Below are positions 18,582-28,869 of a stretch of DNA of 64,000 nt, piece by piece. Made by a program: the position numbers and the translations under genes. Positions within the stretch are counted from its first letter, which is position 1. Each line of letters starts with the position of its first letter. Below the pieces are notes generated by a model. It was not told the origin of the DNA, did not search any database, and was given only the letters and a program-made list of their open reading frames with translations. Source of the stretch: Polyangiaceae bacterium (GTDB taxonomy: Bacteria; Myxococcota_A; Polyangia; Polyangiales; Polyangiaceae); assembly GCA_965222375.1 (NCBI GenBank), contig CBDCTZ010000013.1, forward strand, positions 544,001 to 608,000, read 5' to 3'.

Positions 18582-21500
18582 GTGAAGCAAGCAAAAATGC
18601 TCTGGCTGGTCGTCGCTTCGGCGCTCGTGGTGGCATGCCCTGGTTCGCCGCCAGCGAAGGCCCCGACCCGAGCCAAGAGGACGCCGACGGCCAAGAAGGA
18701 GAGCGTTGCGTGGCGCCTCAGCAAGTCCGGTCTCGGCTTTCGACTCAGCAACGCCGATCCCGAACCTCTTGCCAAGTCTCGACTGGTCGAAGGCAAACCC
18801 CTGAATCGACTCGAACGCGGACGCGTCACCAAGCGCATGCCCAAGCTCATCGCCGCGAAGAAGAAGAGCTTCGCCTTGCGGGACAAGTCCATGCCTGCGC
18901 CCCGTCCGGGCAAGACCATCCGTACTGCGTTTCCTCCCAAGGTCCGAGCACCCGTTGGGCGCGTCGCCTCCAAAGAGCTGAAAGTCCTCCGCCACGCCCC
19001 GGAGGGTGACGTGTCTTTGGCGAAGAACGTCAGCGTCACTTTCTCGGAAGCGATGGTGCCGATCACTTCTCATGACGACCTGGCGAGCTTGCCGGTGCCG
19101 GTGAACATCGAGCCGAAGCCCCCAGGGAAGTTCCGCTGGATCGGGACTCAGACCGTGCTGTTCGAGGCCGAGGGCGAGCGCATGCCCATGTCCTCGAACT
19201 TCCGGATCACCATCCCCGCGGGCACGAAAGCTCAATCCGGCCAACGCTTGGGCCGAGCGCACAAGTTCTCCTTTTCGACGCCAACCCTGAGGATCGTGGA
19301 TCGCTATCCCGAGCGCTGGGGCGGCCCGACGGATCTCTCACCCCTGGTGTTTGCCGAGTTCAACCAACGGATCGACAAGACAACGCTGCTGTCGAGCTTT
19401 TCCGCCAGGGTGGACGGCAACACCCACCAGCTTCGCCTAGCCACCGAAGACGAAATCGAAAAGGACGAGGATGTGCGTGGCCTGGCCGCGCGCGCCGAAC
19501 CCGACCGTCACCTGGTGATGGTTCCTGTGCAGCCCCTGCCAAAGGCCTCAGCGGTCAAGGTGGAGCTCGCCGCCGGCGCGCGTTCCGCGGAAGGGCCAGT
19601 GCCCACGGAAAAGCCGCTGACCATCGACTTCCGAACCTATGGGCCGATGAAGATTTCCCGCGTGCGTTGCGGTTGGTACGGCAAGTGTCCGCCTCTCGCG
19701 CCCTGGACGATTCGCTTCACCAATCCCATCGAGGCTGACAAGTTCGAGGACTCCATGGTGACGGTAGAGCCGCCGCTAGATGGGATGAGGCTCAACGTCA
19801 GCGGCAACTCGATCAGTATTCGTGGTCGGAGCAAGGGACGCACCACATACAGGATTCGTGTCAGCGACAGGCTCGGCGACACTTTCGAGCAGACCCTCAC
19901 CGGGAAGCTCGAGCACGAGATCCAAGTCCACTCTGCAGAACCCATGCTCTTTTCAGAGCAGGATCCGATGATTGTGCTCGACCCTTTCTACAAGCGGGAG
20001 CTTCGGGTGTTCTCCGTGAACAGGCCCAGCTTGCGGGTGAAACTCTACGCCGTCAGCCCTGCCGACTGGCGGAAGTACCGCAAGTTCCGCCAGGACTGGG
20101 ATTGGGACGGCCGGCTGACCCGCCCGCCGGGGCGTTTGGTGCAAACCACCATGGTCAAGCCCCGCAAAGCGCCTGACGAGCTGGTCGAGACTCGCATCAG
20201 TCTCGCCCGCGCCCTCAAGGACGGGCTCGGCCAAGTGATCGCCATCGTTGAGCCGCCCAATCAACCGCGCCCCACCCGGCACCGCCGCTGGCGCGAGCGC
20301 GAGTGGGTTCGAATCTGGATCCAATCGACGAACATGGGGCTGTCCGCGTTCCGAGACCGAAAACGTGTGGCGGCCTTCGTGACGGATTTGAAGTCTGGAG
20401 CTCCTCAGAAAGGTGTTCGGCTCTCCATCCTCCCCACCGGCGCGTTGGCGAACTCCAACGCAGACGGTCTCGCAGACCTGGCCCTGAGGTCCAACGGAGA
20501 CATGCTGGTCGCCAAGCGCGGCCACGATAGGGTCTTCCTAGGAGGGAGCCGGCGCGAAATGACCGCTCGCGGCGGCTACGACCCCGTGCGTTGGATGGTC
20601 TTCGACGACCGAGGGCTCTACAAGCCCAAGGAGACCGTCAACGTCAAAGGTTGGGTGCGCGTTTCGACCGCAGGCCCCAAGGGTGACCTGGGGCGAATTC
20701 GCGACAGTTCGCGGCGCACCGTCAGCTGGGAGGCGGTCGAGCCCCGAGGTAATTCCATTGCGAAGGGCGACGCCCAGGTGGACGCCGACGGCGCGTTCCA
20801 CCTGAAGTTCAAGCTTCCGGATGCCGCAAACCTGGGTCGAGCCCGGGTCAAACTAAAGCTGTCGGGCCGAAGCGCCCGCTACACCCACCGCTTCCAGGTG
20901 GAAGAGTTCAAGCGCCCAGAGTTCGAGGTGAGCGCCGAAACGACCGAGGGCCCCTACTACGTTGGCAAGCACGCCATCGCGACCGTGAGCGCCGTGTACT
21001 ACGCCGGCGGCGGCCTGCCCGAGAGCAAGGTCAATTGGCGGGTCAAAGCCCAAGATGCGACCTTCACGCCGCCCAAACGCGACAGCTATCACTTCGGTAC
21101 TCGGCCCACCTACTTCTGGTGGAGCCGCGGGGACAAGGACGCCAATCGAAGCGTCAATGAGAGCTGGCGCTCGACGACCAATGCAGAGGGGCGCCACCGG
21201 TTGCGCGTCGACTTCGACGCCTTGGATCCCGCCTACCCTCGCATGCTGTCCTTCGAAGCCAACGTCACCGACGTGAGTCGGCAATCCTGGTCCGCGCGTA
21301 CGAAGATGCTCGTCCATCCCGCGAGCGTCACGGTCGGGCTCAAACAGGATAGCCGCATGGTCAGCGCCGGCAAACCCATCGTGCTGTCAGCCATCGTGAC
21401 CGACATCGACGGCAAGATGGCTCCAGGCCGGAGCGTGACGATCAAGAGCGAGCGCCTGGAGTTTTCTTGGCGTGGGCGCAAACGCCGGGAAAAGCGAACA

Positions 21501-24500
21501 CCTGGCCCGGGTTGCAACTTCACGAGTGGCGATGCAGCAGAACGTTGCGTCATCGATACCAAGCGCGGTGGCCAATATCGGATTACCGCCGTCGTAACCG
21601 ATAGCAACGGCCGCAAGAGCCACACCGAGCTCGATACCTGGGTGCTGTCGGACGACCCGGCGCTGGTGCCGAAGCTCGAAGGTGACAAGGTCGAGCTCAC
21701 GGCGGACAAGGACGAGTACGCCCCCGGCTCGACCGCCAAACTGCTCGTGACGTCGCCGTTTGCACCGGCCGAGGGCGTGTTGATTCTGGACCGCGACGGA
21801 ATCCTGTCGACAAAGCGGATTACCATCAAGAAGCGTGTCGAGACCCTCGCTGTGCCTTTGGACAAGGCCTGGGTGCCCGGTGTGGTTGTGCGAGTCCACC
21901 TAGTCGGCCATCGCAAGCGGGAAGACGAGCGAGGCCGGCCGTCTTCGTCGCTTCCGCCGCGACCCGCCATCGCTTCGGGGCGGCTCAGCCTCAAGATCCC
22001 ACCCATCGACCGCACCCTGGACATCGACGTCAAGCCCTTCAAGGAGGCGGTCGCGCCCGGTAGCAAGGCGAGCGTCTCGGTTTCGATCACCTCCCCGGAC
22101 GGTCGCCCAGCCAGCGGCGCCCATGTCGCCATGGTCGTGGTGGACGAGTCCGTCCTGGCCCTGGCCGGTTTCGCCACACCGGATCCGATCAGCGTGCTGT
22201 ATCCGACCCGGGGCGGCGCAGTGCGTGATTACGAAGCGCGGCTGCGCATCGCCCTTGGCGAGCCAGATCCGGCCGACTTCGAGATGAAGGCCAAAGAGAC
22301 GACGAAGAAGGAGGCCATGAAGTCCAGGCCTGGCGATCCCTTGTCCGGACTCAGCTTCAACGGCAGTGGCCGAGGCGGTGGAGGCAAAGTGGCAAGAGCA
22401 CCACGGGTGCGAATGGGCGCTGCGAACGCCAAGCCGAGTCCGAAGCCTGTCGCTTCGGCGCCGCCCGCGCCCCCCGGGGAGGCTGAAGCGCACTACGCGG
22501 CTCTACTCGACAAGGACGACAAGACGAAGGGGAGCAAACCCATCGCCGTCCGCAAGAACTTCAACCCCTTGGCCGCCTTCGTACCGCGCCTGAAAACCGA
22601 CGCCCGAGGCCGCGCAAGCACCAGCTTCCGATTGCCCGACAGCCTCACCCGCTATCGAGTGTACGCCGTTGCATCCCTCGGGGAGCGCTCCTTCGGCGCC
22701 GGCGAGAGCGCGTTGACGGCCCGCTTGCCGCTCATGGTCCGGACGCAAGCGCCTCGCTTCCTGAACTACGGTGACCGCTTCAAGTTGCCCATCGTGCTGC
22801 AGAACCAAACCGAAAAGCCCATGACCGTCGACCTCGTGGCGCGGGCGTCCAACGCGACGCTGATCGGCCCTCAGGGGTTCCGAGTCACCGTGCCCCCTGC
22901 AGATCGCATTGAAACGCGCTTCACCGTCACGACCCAATCCGCAGGCAAGGCGAAATTCCAGGTGGGCGCCGTCAGCCCCGCTGGCGCTGATGCCTCTACG
23001 GTCGAGTTGCCCGTCTGGACCCCCGCGACCACCGAGGCCTTTGCGACCTACGGCGAGATCGATCGCGGCAGCATCGCGCAGGTCGTGAAGGTCCCCAAGA
23101 ACGTCGTGCGACAGTTCGGAGCTTTGGAGCTCACGACCTCCTCGACAGCACTGCAGGGCCTGACGGACGCAATGCTGTATCTGCAACGCTATCCCTTCGA
23201 GTGCAACGAGCAGATCGCCAGCCGCATGATCAGCATCGCGGCATTGGAACCGGTGCTCGAGGCCTTCGAAGCCGCGGGGCTTCCGCCCAAGGCCGCGCTG
23301 AAAAAGAGCATGGCCGCGGACGTGAAGCGCTTGGCCGCCCGCCAGCACTACTCCGGTGGCTGGGACTACTGGCGACGAGACCGCCCGCCAAGCCCCTTCG
23401 TGAGCATTCACGTCACTCATGCCTTGCTCCGTTCCAAGGACCGAGGCTTTTCGGTTCCGCCGACCTTGCTGCGAGGCGGCCTCCGCTTCCTCAAGAACAT
23501 CCGCCGCCACATCCCGCGCAGATGGCATCCGGAAACCCAGCGCACCATCGAGTCCTACGCCCTCTACGTTCGACATCGCGCCAAAGACAGCGACGCCACC
23601 CGGGCGCGAGCTCTCGTCAACGAGGGGCGCGGGATCAAAGCACGCAGCCTAGATGCCCTCGGTTGGCTTCTGCCCATCCTGAGCAAAGACGAAGCGGCGA
23701 AACGCGAAGTCGAAACCATCCGCCGGCACCTCGACAACCGCATCACCGAGACGGCCGGGCGCGCTCATTGGGCCACCAGCTTCGACGACAGTCGCCACGT
23801 AACGCTCGGCTCCAGCCGCCGCACCGACGGGATCTTGCTCGAAGCCACCATCGACGACCGGCGCGACTTCGACGCCCTGCCCAAACTGGCTCGGGGACTA
23901 CTCGGTCACCGCAAGCGCGGGCACTGGGGCAGCACCCAAGAGAACGTATTCGTACTGCTTGGGCTCAGCCGCTACTTCGACGCTTTCGAAAAAGTCACGC
24001 CCAACTTCGTCGCGCGAGCCTGGCTCGGTAACCGTCTGGCGCTCGATCACGCCTTCCGCGGACGGAGCACAGATCGCAAGCACGCAGAGATCCCCCTTCG
24101 CCTGCTCGGCGGTCCCGGCGCAAAGAGCCGGATCGTGCTCAACAAAGATGGCGCCGGACGCCTCTACTACCGAATGGGCATGCAGTACGCCCCCGCCAAC
24201 CTGCGGCCACCCCCGGCCGAACACGGCTTTTCCGTCACTCGCACCTACGAAGCGGCAGACGACAGCGCCCAGGTCTCCCGGGACAAGACGGGAGTCTGGC
24301 GGGTGAAGGCCGGCTCCTTGGTGCGCATTCGCGTGTCCATGGTGGCTCCCGCGCGGCGCTACCACGTTGCGCTGGTCGACTGGATGCCCGCGGGCTTCGA
24401 GCCTTTGAACCCCGCCCTGGCGACGTCCCAGAGCGTACCCAAGGACCAGAAGAAGGACCCCAAGGTCCCGTGGTGGTGGTCCCGCGCTTGGTACGAGCAC

Positions 24501-24686
24501 CAAAACCTCCGGGACGAACGCGCCGAAGCCTTTGCGTCCACCGTCTACGGCGGCACCTACGAGTACACCTACGTGGCCCGCGCCACGACCCCGGGCAACT
24601 TCGTCGTACCTCCCCCCAAGGCAGAGGAGATGTACGAGCCCGAGACCTTTGGCCGCGGCGCCGGTGACCGCGTCATCGTGCACTGA
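18582..24686 (+). CDS. Bacterial alpha-2-macroglobulin family lipoprotein
   Basis: 2034 aa; DRGLYKPKETV, VEEFKRPEFEV, LPDSLTRYR, thioester YPFECNEQ, AEEMYEPETFGR. Confidence 0.95.
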   Translation: MKQAKMLWLVVASALVVACPGSPPAKAPTRAKRTPTAKKESVAWRLSKSGLGFRLSNADPEPLAKSRLVEGKPLNRLERGRVTKRMPKLIAAKKKSFALRDKSMPAPRPGKTIRTAFPPKVRAPVGRVASKELKVLRHAPEGDVSLAKNVSVTFSEAMVPITSHDDLASLPVPVNIEPKPPGKFRWIGTQTVLFEAEGERMPMSSNFRITIPAGTKAQSGQRLGRAHKFSFSTPTLRIVDRYPERWGGPTDLSPLVFAEFNQRIDKTTLLSSFSARVDGNTHQLRLATEDEIEKDEDVRGLAARAEPDRHLVMVPVQPLPKASAVKVELAAGARSAEGPVPTEKPLTIDFRTYGPMKISRVRCGWYGKCPPLAPWTIRFTNPIEADKFEDSMVTVEPPLDGMRLNVSGNSISIRGRSKGRTTYRIRVSDRLGDTFEQTLTGKLEHEIQVHSAEPMLFSEQDPMIVLDPFYKRELRVFSVNRPSLRVKLYAVSPADWRKYRKFRQDWDWDGRLTRPPGRLVQTTMVKPRKAPDELVETRISLARALKDGLGQVIAIVEPPNQPRPTRHRRWREREWVRIWIQSTNMGLSAFRDRKRVAAFVTDLKSGAPQKGVRLSILPTGALANSNADGLADLALRSNGDMLVAKRGHDRVFLGGSRREMTARGGYDPVRWMVFDDRGLYKPKETVNVKGWVRVSTAGPKGDLGRIRDSSRRTVSWEAVEPRGNSIAKGDAQVDADGAFHLKFKLPDAANLGRARVKLKLSGRSARYTHRFQVEEFKRPEFEVSAETTEGPYYVGKHAIATVSAVYYAGGGLPESKVNWRVKAQDATFTPPKRDSYHFGTRPTYFWWSRGDKDANRSVNESWRSTTNAEGRHRLRVDFDALDPAYPRMLSFEANVTDVSRQSWSARTKMLVHPASVTVGLKQDSRMVSAGKPIVLSAIVTDIDGKMAPGRSVTIKSERLEFSWRGRKRREKRTPGPGCNFTSGDAAERCVIDTKRGGQYRITAVVTDSNGRKSHTELDTWVLSDDPALVPKLEGDKVELTADKDEYAPGSTAKLLVTSPFAPAEGVLILDRDGILSTKRITIKKRVETLAVPLDKAWVPGVVVRVHLVGHRKREDERGRPSSSLPPRPAIASGRLSLKIPPIDRTLDIDVKPFKEAVAPGSKASVSVSITSPDGRPASGAHVAMVVVDESVLALAGFATPDPISVLYPTRGGAVRDYEARLRIALGEPDPADFEMKAKETTKKEAMKSRPGDPLSGLSFNGSGRGGGGKVARAPRVRMGAANAKPSPKPVASAPPAPPGEAEAHYAALLDKDDKTKGSKPIAVRKNFNPLAAFVPRLKTDARGRASTSFRLPDSLTRYRVYAVASLGERSFGAGESALTARLPLMVRTQAPRFLNYGDRFKLPIVLQNQTEKPMTVDLVARASNATLIGPQGFRVTVPPADRIETRFTVTTQSAGKAKFQVGAVSPAGADASTVELPVWTPATTEAFATYGEIDRGSIAQVVKVPKNVVRQFGALELTTSSTALQGLTDAMLYLQRYPFECNEQIASRMISIAALEPVLEAFEAAGLPPKAALKKSMAADVKRLAARQHYSGGWDYWRRDRPPSPFVSIHVTHALLRSKDRGFSVPPTLLRGGLRFLKNIRRHIPRRWHPETQRTIESYALYVRHRAKDSDATRARALVNEGRGIKARSLDALGWLLPILSKDEAAKREVETIRRHLDNRITETAGRAHWATSFDDSRHVTLGSSRRTDGILLEATIDDRRDFDALPKLARGLLGHRKRGHWGSTQENVFVLLGLSRYFDAFEKVTPNFVARAWLGNRLALDHAFRGRSTDRKHAEIPLRLLGGPGAKSRIVLNKDGAGRLYYRMGMQYAPANLRPPPAEHGFSVTRTYEAADDSAQVSRDKTGVWRVKAGSLVRIRVSMVAPARRYHVALVDWMPAGFEPLNPALATSQSVPKDQKKDPKVPWWWSRAWYEHQNLRDERAEAFASTVYGGTYEYTYVARATTPGNFVVPPPKAEEMYEPETFGRGAGDRVIVH

Positions 24687-24804
24687 CTTGTGCGGTGCGC
24701 GCGGTTGCGCCGAACCCCAAAGCACCCCTGGGCGGAGCTGCTCGGCTTGTGCGGTGCGCGCGGTTGCGCCGAACCCCAAAGCACCCCTGGGCGGAACTGT
24801 TCGG
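24687..24804. repeat. Intergenic 59-bp direct tandem repeat, 2 copies
   Basis: cttgtgcggtgcgcgcggttgcgccgaaccccaaagcacccctgggcgga(g/a)ctg(c/t)tcgg starting at 24687 and 24746; two differences. Confidence 0.9.
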
Positions 24805-24873
24805 CTCGCACGCGGGAACGGTTCTTGGGTGATCTATTGTCTTGGGGTCGAGCCCTGGCGCGGCGTTTATTCC

Positions 24874-25905
24874 CTACTCCCGTGCTTCTTCGCCAGGTCC
24901 GCCGTCAGCCTGGGCCTCGGGTTCGTCCTTCTTCTGCACCGCCGAGTGCACTTCCATCGCGAATGCGCAACTGTCGATACCCTTCGCGAACTCGGCCCGG
25001 CTCGACGCAGATAGCCAGGATGGGTCCACTTTTCGCCGCAACCGCAAGAGCAACACTTGGGTCGTCAAGTCCACGAGGCCGACACGCATGTTGTGCGCCC
25101 GCTCGCCGTCGAGCTCCGCCGGCGCAGACCTGTCTCCGGGCTCATCCATCACGACGAGCAGCAGCTTGGCTCGCGCCGCACGTTTGGTCGCCTCAATCGG
25201 CGTGCTCTCGAACTTCTGCCGCAGCTTGGACAGTTCGCGCTGGGAGGGCGCCTCCTGAACCCGCCGCTGCCACTTTGCATCCAGCAGCGGCAAGCCGATG
25301 TAGGCATCATACAGTCGGGCCACATGGCGGGTGCGCTGCATACCCTTGCTGTCCGCGAACAGCGCGGCCCGGGCCTTTTTTCGGAGCCTTTTTTCGCTCC
25401 GCTTTTCAGGTGGCGTCATCAAACACAGGACGAACGCGTCCACGAATGAACTTCGCGCGCTTTCCTTGACCGTCCCGGAGCTTTCGAAGTTGGCGAGGGC
25501 ACCCCGCACGTACACCATCGGGCGCTTGAGGGTGCTGTCCAATCCACCAGGCAGCTTCATGGCGTCAGCCACGTAGTCCTCGGGGTAGCTGCCCGACAGA
25601 CGTACGAACCAGGGCATCAGCCGGTCAGGCAGCGCGTGCTCCTGAGGTGTCAGCTGTGCGGCTTGATAGCGCAGATCCGATATCAACCCGGCGCGCTGAC
25701 TCTCGGTGTTGCGCTGGAAGCGACGCAAAGAAAAAGCGAAGTACAGGCAGCACACGGCGATGGTCGCGAAGGCGGTGATGCGCAGCACTGCCCGGGTCCG
25801 CGGCGTCACCTTGACGCCGGGTCGCGCTCGGCGCCCCTCCACGCTGGCTTGTATCCGGGCTGCTAGCTCCGGGGACATCTTCTTGGTGACCAGAAGCGTC
25901 GGCAT
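24874..25905 (-). CDS. Hypothetical membrane-anchored protein
   Basis: 343-aa ORF with one N-terminal TM helix, 5 nt downstream of the MutS-like gene. Confidence 0.7.
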   Translation of the reverse strand: MPTLLVTKKMSPELAARIQASVEGRRARPGVKVTPRTRAVLRITAFATIAVCCLYFAFSLRRFQRNTESQRAGLISDLRYQAAQLTPQEHALPDRLMPWFVRLSGSYPEDYVADAMKLPGGLDSTLKRPMVYVRGALANFESSGTVKESARSSFVDAFVLCLMTPPEKRSEKRLRKKARAALFADSKGMQRTRHVARLYDAYIGLPLLDAKWQRRVQEAPSQRELSKLRQKFESTPIEATKRAARAKLLLVVMDEPGDRSAPAELDGERAHNMRVGLVDLTTQVLLLRLRRKVDPSWLSASSRAEFAKGIDSCAFAMEVHSAVQKKDEPEAQADGGPGEEARE

Positions 25906-25910
25906 CGAGC

Positions 25911-27557
25911 TCAGTCGTCCCCGGACGCGGGTTTGTCCTGCCAGCGTTGGATGTTCTGTTCAATTAGGGACTGCAGCTGCTCGCCGGTCACGCCAAGTCG
26001 CTCCGCGGCGTGCCCTGCGAGAGAGGTTTCGGCCACGCCCGGCACGAACTGGTAGGTGGCACGGCGATCGTCGCCGAGTTCCACCTGCAGGAATGTCAGC
26101 CGCGGGATCTTCTCTTCCCGGGCCAGGCGCGCGGCAAACGCCAAGAAGTGCGTCGTGATGAAGGCCTGCGGGCGCAGCTGCTGCATGGTGGTGACCACCA
26201 GTTCGAAGATCTCTTCCCCCTCGGAGGGGTTGGTGCCCGAACACAGTTCGTCCAGCAGGACCATCGCGCCGGGCGGCAGGCGTTCGAACAGCGCGCGGAT
26301 CCGCACCAGTTCCATCCCGAGCCGGCCCTCGGCTTGATCCGCCGTCGTTTCCTGTATCAACGACACCACCAAGCTCGACGTTAGTGCGATGGCTCCGGAC
26401 TGCGCGGGTATGAACAGTCCGCACTGGGCCAGGAGCTGAGCCAGCCCCACTGATTGGAGTAGCCGAGTCTTGCCCCCCGAGTTCGGCCCCGTGACCAGCA
26501 CCGTGGTCGCAAGCCGATCCGTGACCAGATTGCAGGGAACGGGCTGGGTGCCGCTCATCAGCAACAGCGGGTTGAACAAGCCTTGAAGTCCGCGAGGCGT
26601 CTCGGCGTCCACCAATTCTGGCAGGCACACCTCGAGCCCAGCAGCGCGGGACCGATCCGCGAAGCACAGAGCGCCGAGGTAAAACTCCAAATCCCCAAAC
26701 AGTTGGATCAACGAAACGATGTCATCTTCCACGCCCGAAAAGACGGCATCTACCAGCCGCGCCATGACCTCCCCGTCTCCAAAACGATAGCCCCGCAGGA
26801 AGAGCTCGATCTTCGCGAGCCAGCGTCGCCAGACCGGGCTGACGAAAGGGTTCGCCGAGTCCTCCTCGACGGACAGGATGTCAAAGCCACGGATCCGCCC
26901 ATCCGCGCCGATGCCTACATTGAGGCTGAGGGTGGCCAGGCGTTCGTCATAGCGGAGCAGATCCGACAGCGCTTGATACGACTCGTCCGTTTTCACGCGA
27001 ACCGCAAACGCGGCCATGCTCGCAAGCCCAGAGCGGCTGTTAGCAAAGCCATCTCCCATGCGGTCAAAGCACTCTTTGACGACGCCGAGAATGTCGAGCT
27101 GGCGTCGGGCCGGATCCCAATTCTGCGCGCCGCTAGAATCTTCCAGCAGCGCCCGCAGTCTGCACAGATCGGCGTACAGCAGCTGCAACTGCTGACGAAG
27201 CTGGCTCTCCGAGTCGAGCTCCTGCAGCACTTTGCGACGAAACTCGACAATCTCGGGATCCCGAGGTGGGTGCGCCAGCAGCCGGAAGACGTTATTGGTG
27301 GGAAGGATCGGCTCCTGCCGGCCGAGTCGGATCCGAAAGCATCCGGCGATGAAGCGCTGCAAAAACAAGTCGCTCACGAATCCGGCCGGATCCCAACTCG
27401 ACGCCGCGAGCGTCGCTCCGTCCAACGCCTCCTCGAACAAGCCGCCCCCCGCGCCGCCCGCAAACGCCAGGGTCAGCGCAACTCGGGTCTTCTCTCCGTC
27501 AATCCGGCGCTGCGCCACCGGATGGAGCAGGTCCGGGACGATTTCGGCGTCCGGCAT
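25911..27557 (-). CDS. MutS-related ATPase (domain V without a recognisable mismatch-binding domain)
   Basis: TGPNSGGKT, LLDELCSGTNP and ITTH motifs; 548 aa. Confidence 0.88.
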   Translation of the reverse strand: MPDAEIVPDLLHPVAQRRIDGEKTRVALTLAFAGGAGGGLFEEALDGATLAASSWDPAGFVSDLFLQRFIAGCFRIRLGRQEPILPTNNVFRLLAHPPRDPEIVEFRRKVLQELDSESQLRQQLQLLYADLCRLRALLEDSSGAQNWDPARRQLDILGVVKECFDRMGDGFANSRSGLASMAAFAVRVKTDESYQALSDLLRYDERLATLSLNVGIGADGRIRGFDILSVEEDSANPFVSPVWRRWLAKIELFLRGYRFGDGEVMARLVDAVFSGVEDDIVSLIQLFGDLEFYLGALCFADRSRAAGLEVCLPELVDAETPRGLQGLFNPLLLMSGTQPVPCNLVTDRLATTVLVTGPNSGGKTRLLQSVGLAQLLAQCGLFIPAQSGAIALTSSLVVSLIQETTADQAEGRLGMELVRIRALFERLPPGAMVLLDELCSGTNPSEGEEIFELVVTTMQQLRPQAFITTHFLAFAARLAREEKIPRLTFLQVELGDDRRATYQFVPGVAETSLAGHAAERLGVTGEQLQSLIEQNIQRWQDKPASGDD

Positions 27558-27669
27558 CTCCGAGCGACAATAGTGCTCGGGGGGCCTTGCGCCAATCCCG
27601 CAACAACTCCATGAAAGGCTGCATCACCGCGGGCACCAGCCCGGCGAGTTCGGGCGAGCCAGCGGACAG

Positions 27670-28869
27670 CTACTGACAGCTGTTTTTGCTCACCCGGTCG
27701 GAATAGCCCTTGTTGCACTCATTCCACACTTTCTTGTCGAACTCGCAGGGACAGCTGTTCACGAAGCGCAGATCCCGAAACTCGTCCTGGGGGTTGGCGG
27801 AGACCACGGCGACGGAGTCGACCAGATCGCCGCTGTCGAACCACGTGCACACGCTCTGCCAAGCGCCACTACCGGCGTCGGGCCAGACCTGAGCGAGCTC
27901 ATCGCCGGAGCAAGCTTTGTCGCCAGACACGATACTGATGGTCGGCATGGCATCACTCGTCTTGACGTCAAAGGCGATCAGACTGCGTCCGGGCGGTTGT
28001 TTGCCGTCACAGAATTCGCGCCGCAAAGAACCGACCCCAACGTATCCCGGCGCCCCTGCAGCACCCGCGGCTCCGGCTCCGCCCGCAACTCCGCCGGCGC
28101 CCGACACGCCACCACCGCCGACGCCGCCGCCACTGTCAGCGGCCGTGCCCCCATCCGGCGGTGCCCCAGCAGCGCCACCCGCGCCCCCAGCTCCGCCGAC
28201 TCCAGAATTCGGATCTGGATCGACGCACGGTGCCGAGGTGTCACAGATCGCGTCCCAACTGATGACTTTCTTTTCGAAATAGCACGCGGGCGAGCCTCCG
28301 CTCTTGTTGTGTACGAGCACGCCTGCCGCGAAGTAGTTGTGGTGCGTCGCCACCTCGATGTTGAACACAGTTTCGGTGGCCGCTTGGGAATCCATGAAGA
28401 AGCCCTCTGCGATCGCGCTCCGAACCTCTCGCGGGCCCCCAAGTCGAATCAGCCTCGAGGCGGACGTGACGGATCCAGCCTCCGCGTAGGCAAGTTCGTC
28501 CGGCAGGTAGACAGGGTGATTGCTGGTGACCCGCAGCGTCTCACCGGATGAGAGCGCCAACTGGCCAACGCGATGCCCGTCGTGACGGAACGTGCGAACC
28601 ACGGGAGCGGGGACCACGCGATGGCTCGCCTCGTCATAGGCCATGACCAAGTCCCCCACAGCGAGCTGCTCGATCGGAGTGGTGCCCGTCGGTGTCGCAA
28701 TGGGCGTGCCGACCGCAAAACACCCGGTCCCACCGCCGGTCCCACCTGTGCCTCCCGTGGCCCCGGTGCCCGGGGAAGCATCCGTCCCCGAGCTTCCCCC
28801 ACACGCAGAAGCAGCAACCAGGGCAGCAACCAGTGACATCACGGCGGGACGAGCAGCTCGAGTTTTCAT
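27670..28869 (-). CDS. Lipoprotein carrying a Hint (bacterial intein-like) domain and a Cys-containing C-terminal domain
   Basis: ASAC lipobox; CFAVGTPI...RVTSNHP...VFNIEVATHHNYFAAGVLVHN at 28722-28306. Confidence 0.88.
   Translation of the reverse strand: MKTRAARPAVMSLVAALVAASACGGSSGTDASPGTGATGGTGGTGGGTGCFAVGTPIATPTGTTPIEQLAVGDLVMAYDEASHRVVPAPVVRTFRHDGHRVGQLALSSGETLRVTSNHPVYLPDELAYAEAGSVTSASRLIRLGGPREVRSAIAEGFFMDSQAATETVFNIEVATHHNYFAAGVLVHNKSGGSPACYFEKKVISWDAICDTSAPCVDPDPNSGVGGAGGAGGAAGAPPDGGTAADSGGGVGGGGVSGAGGVAGGAGAAGAAGAPGYVGVGSLRREFCDGKQPPGRSLIAFDVKTSDAMPTISIVSGDKACSGDELAQVWPDAGSGAWQSVCTWFDSGDLVDSVAVVSANPQDEFRDLRFVNSCPCEFDKKVWNECNKGYSDRVSKNSCQ

Noticed and set aside
24687..24804. Possible CRISPR array
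   Set aside because: Only two adjacent 59-bp units, no unique spacers and no cas genes.
28306..28722. Canonical mobile intein
   Set aside because: No endonuclease domain, the +1 residue is Lys, and the host is not a conserved enzyme; it fits a BIL/Hint domain.
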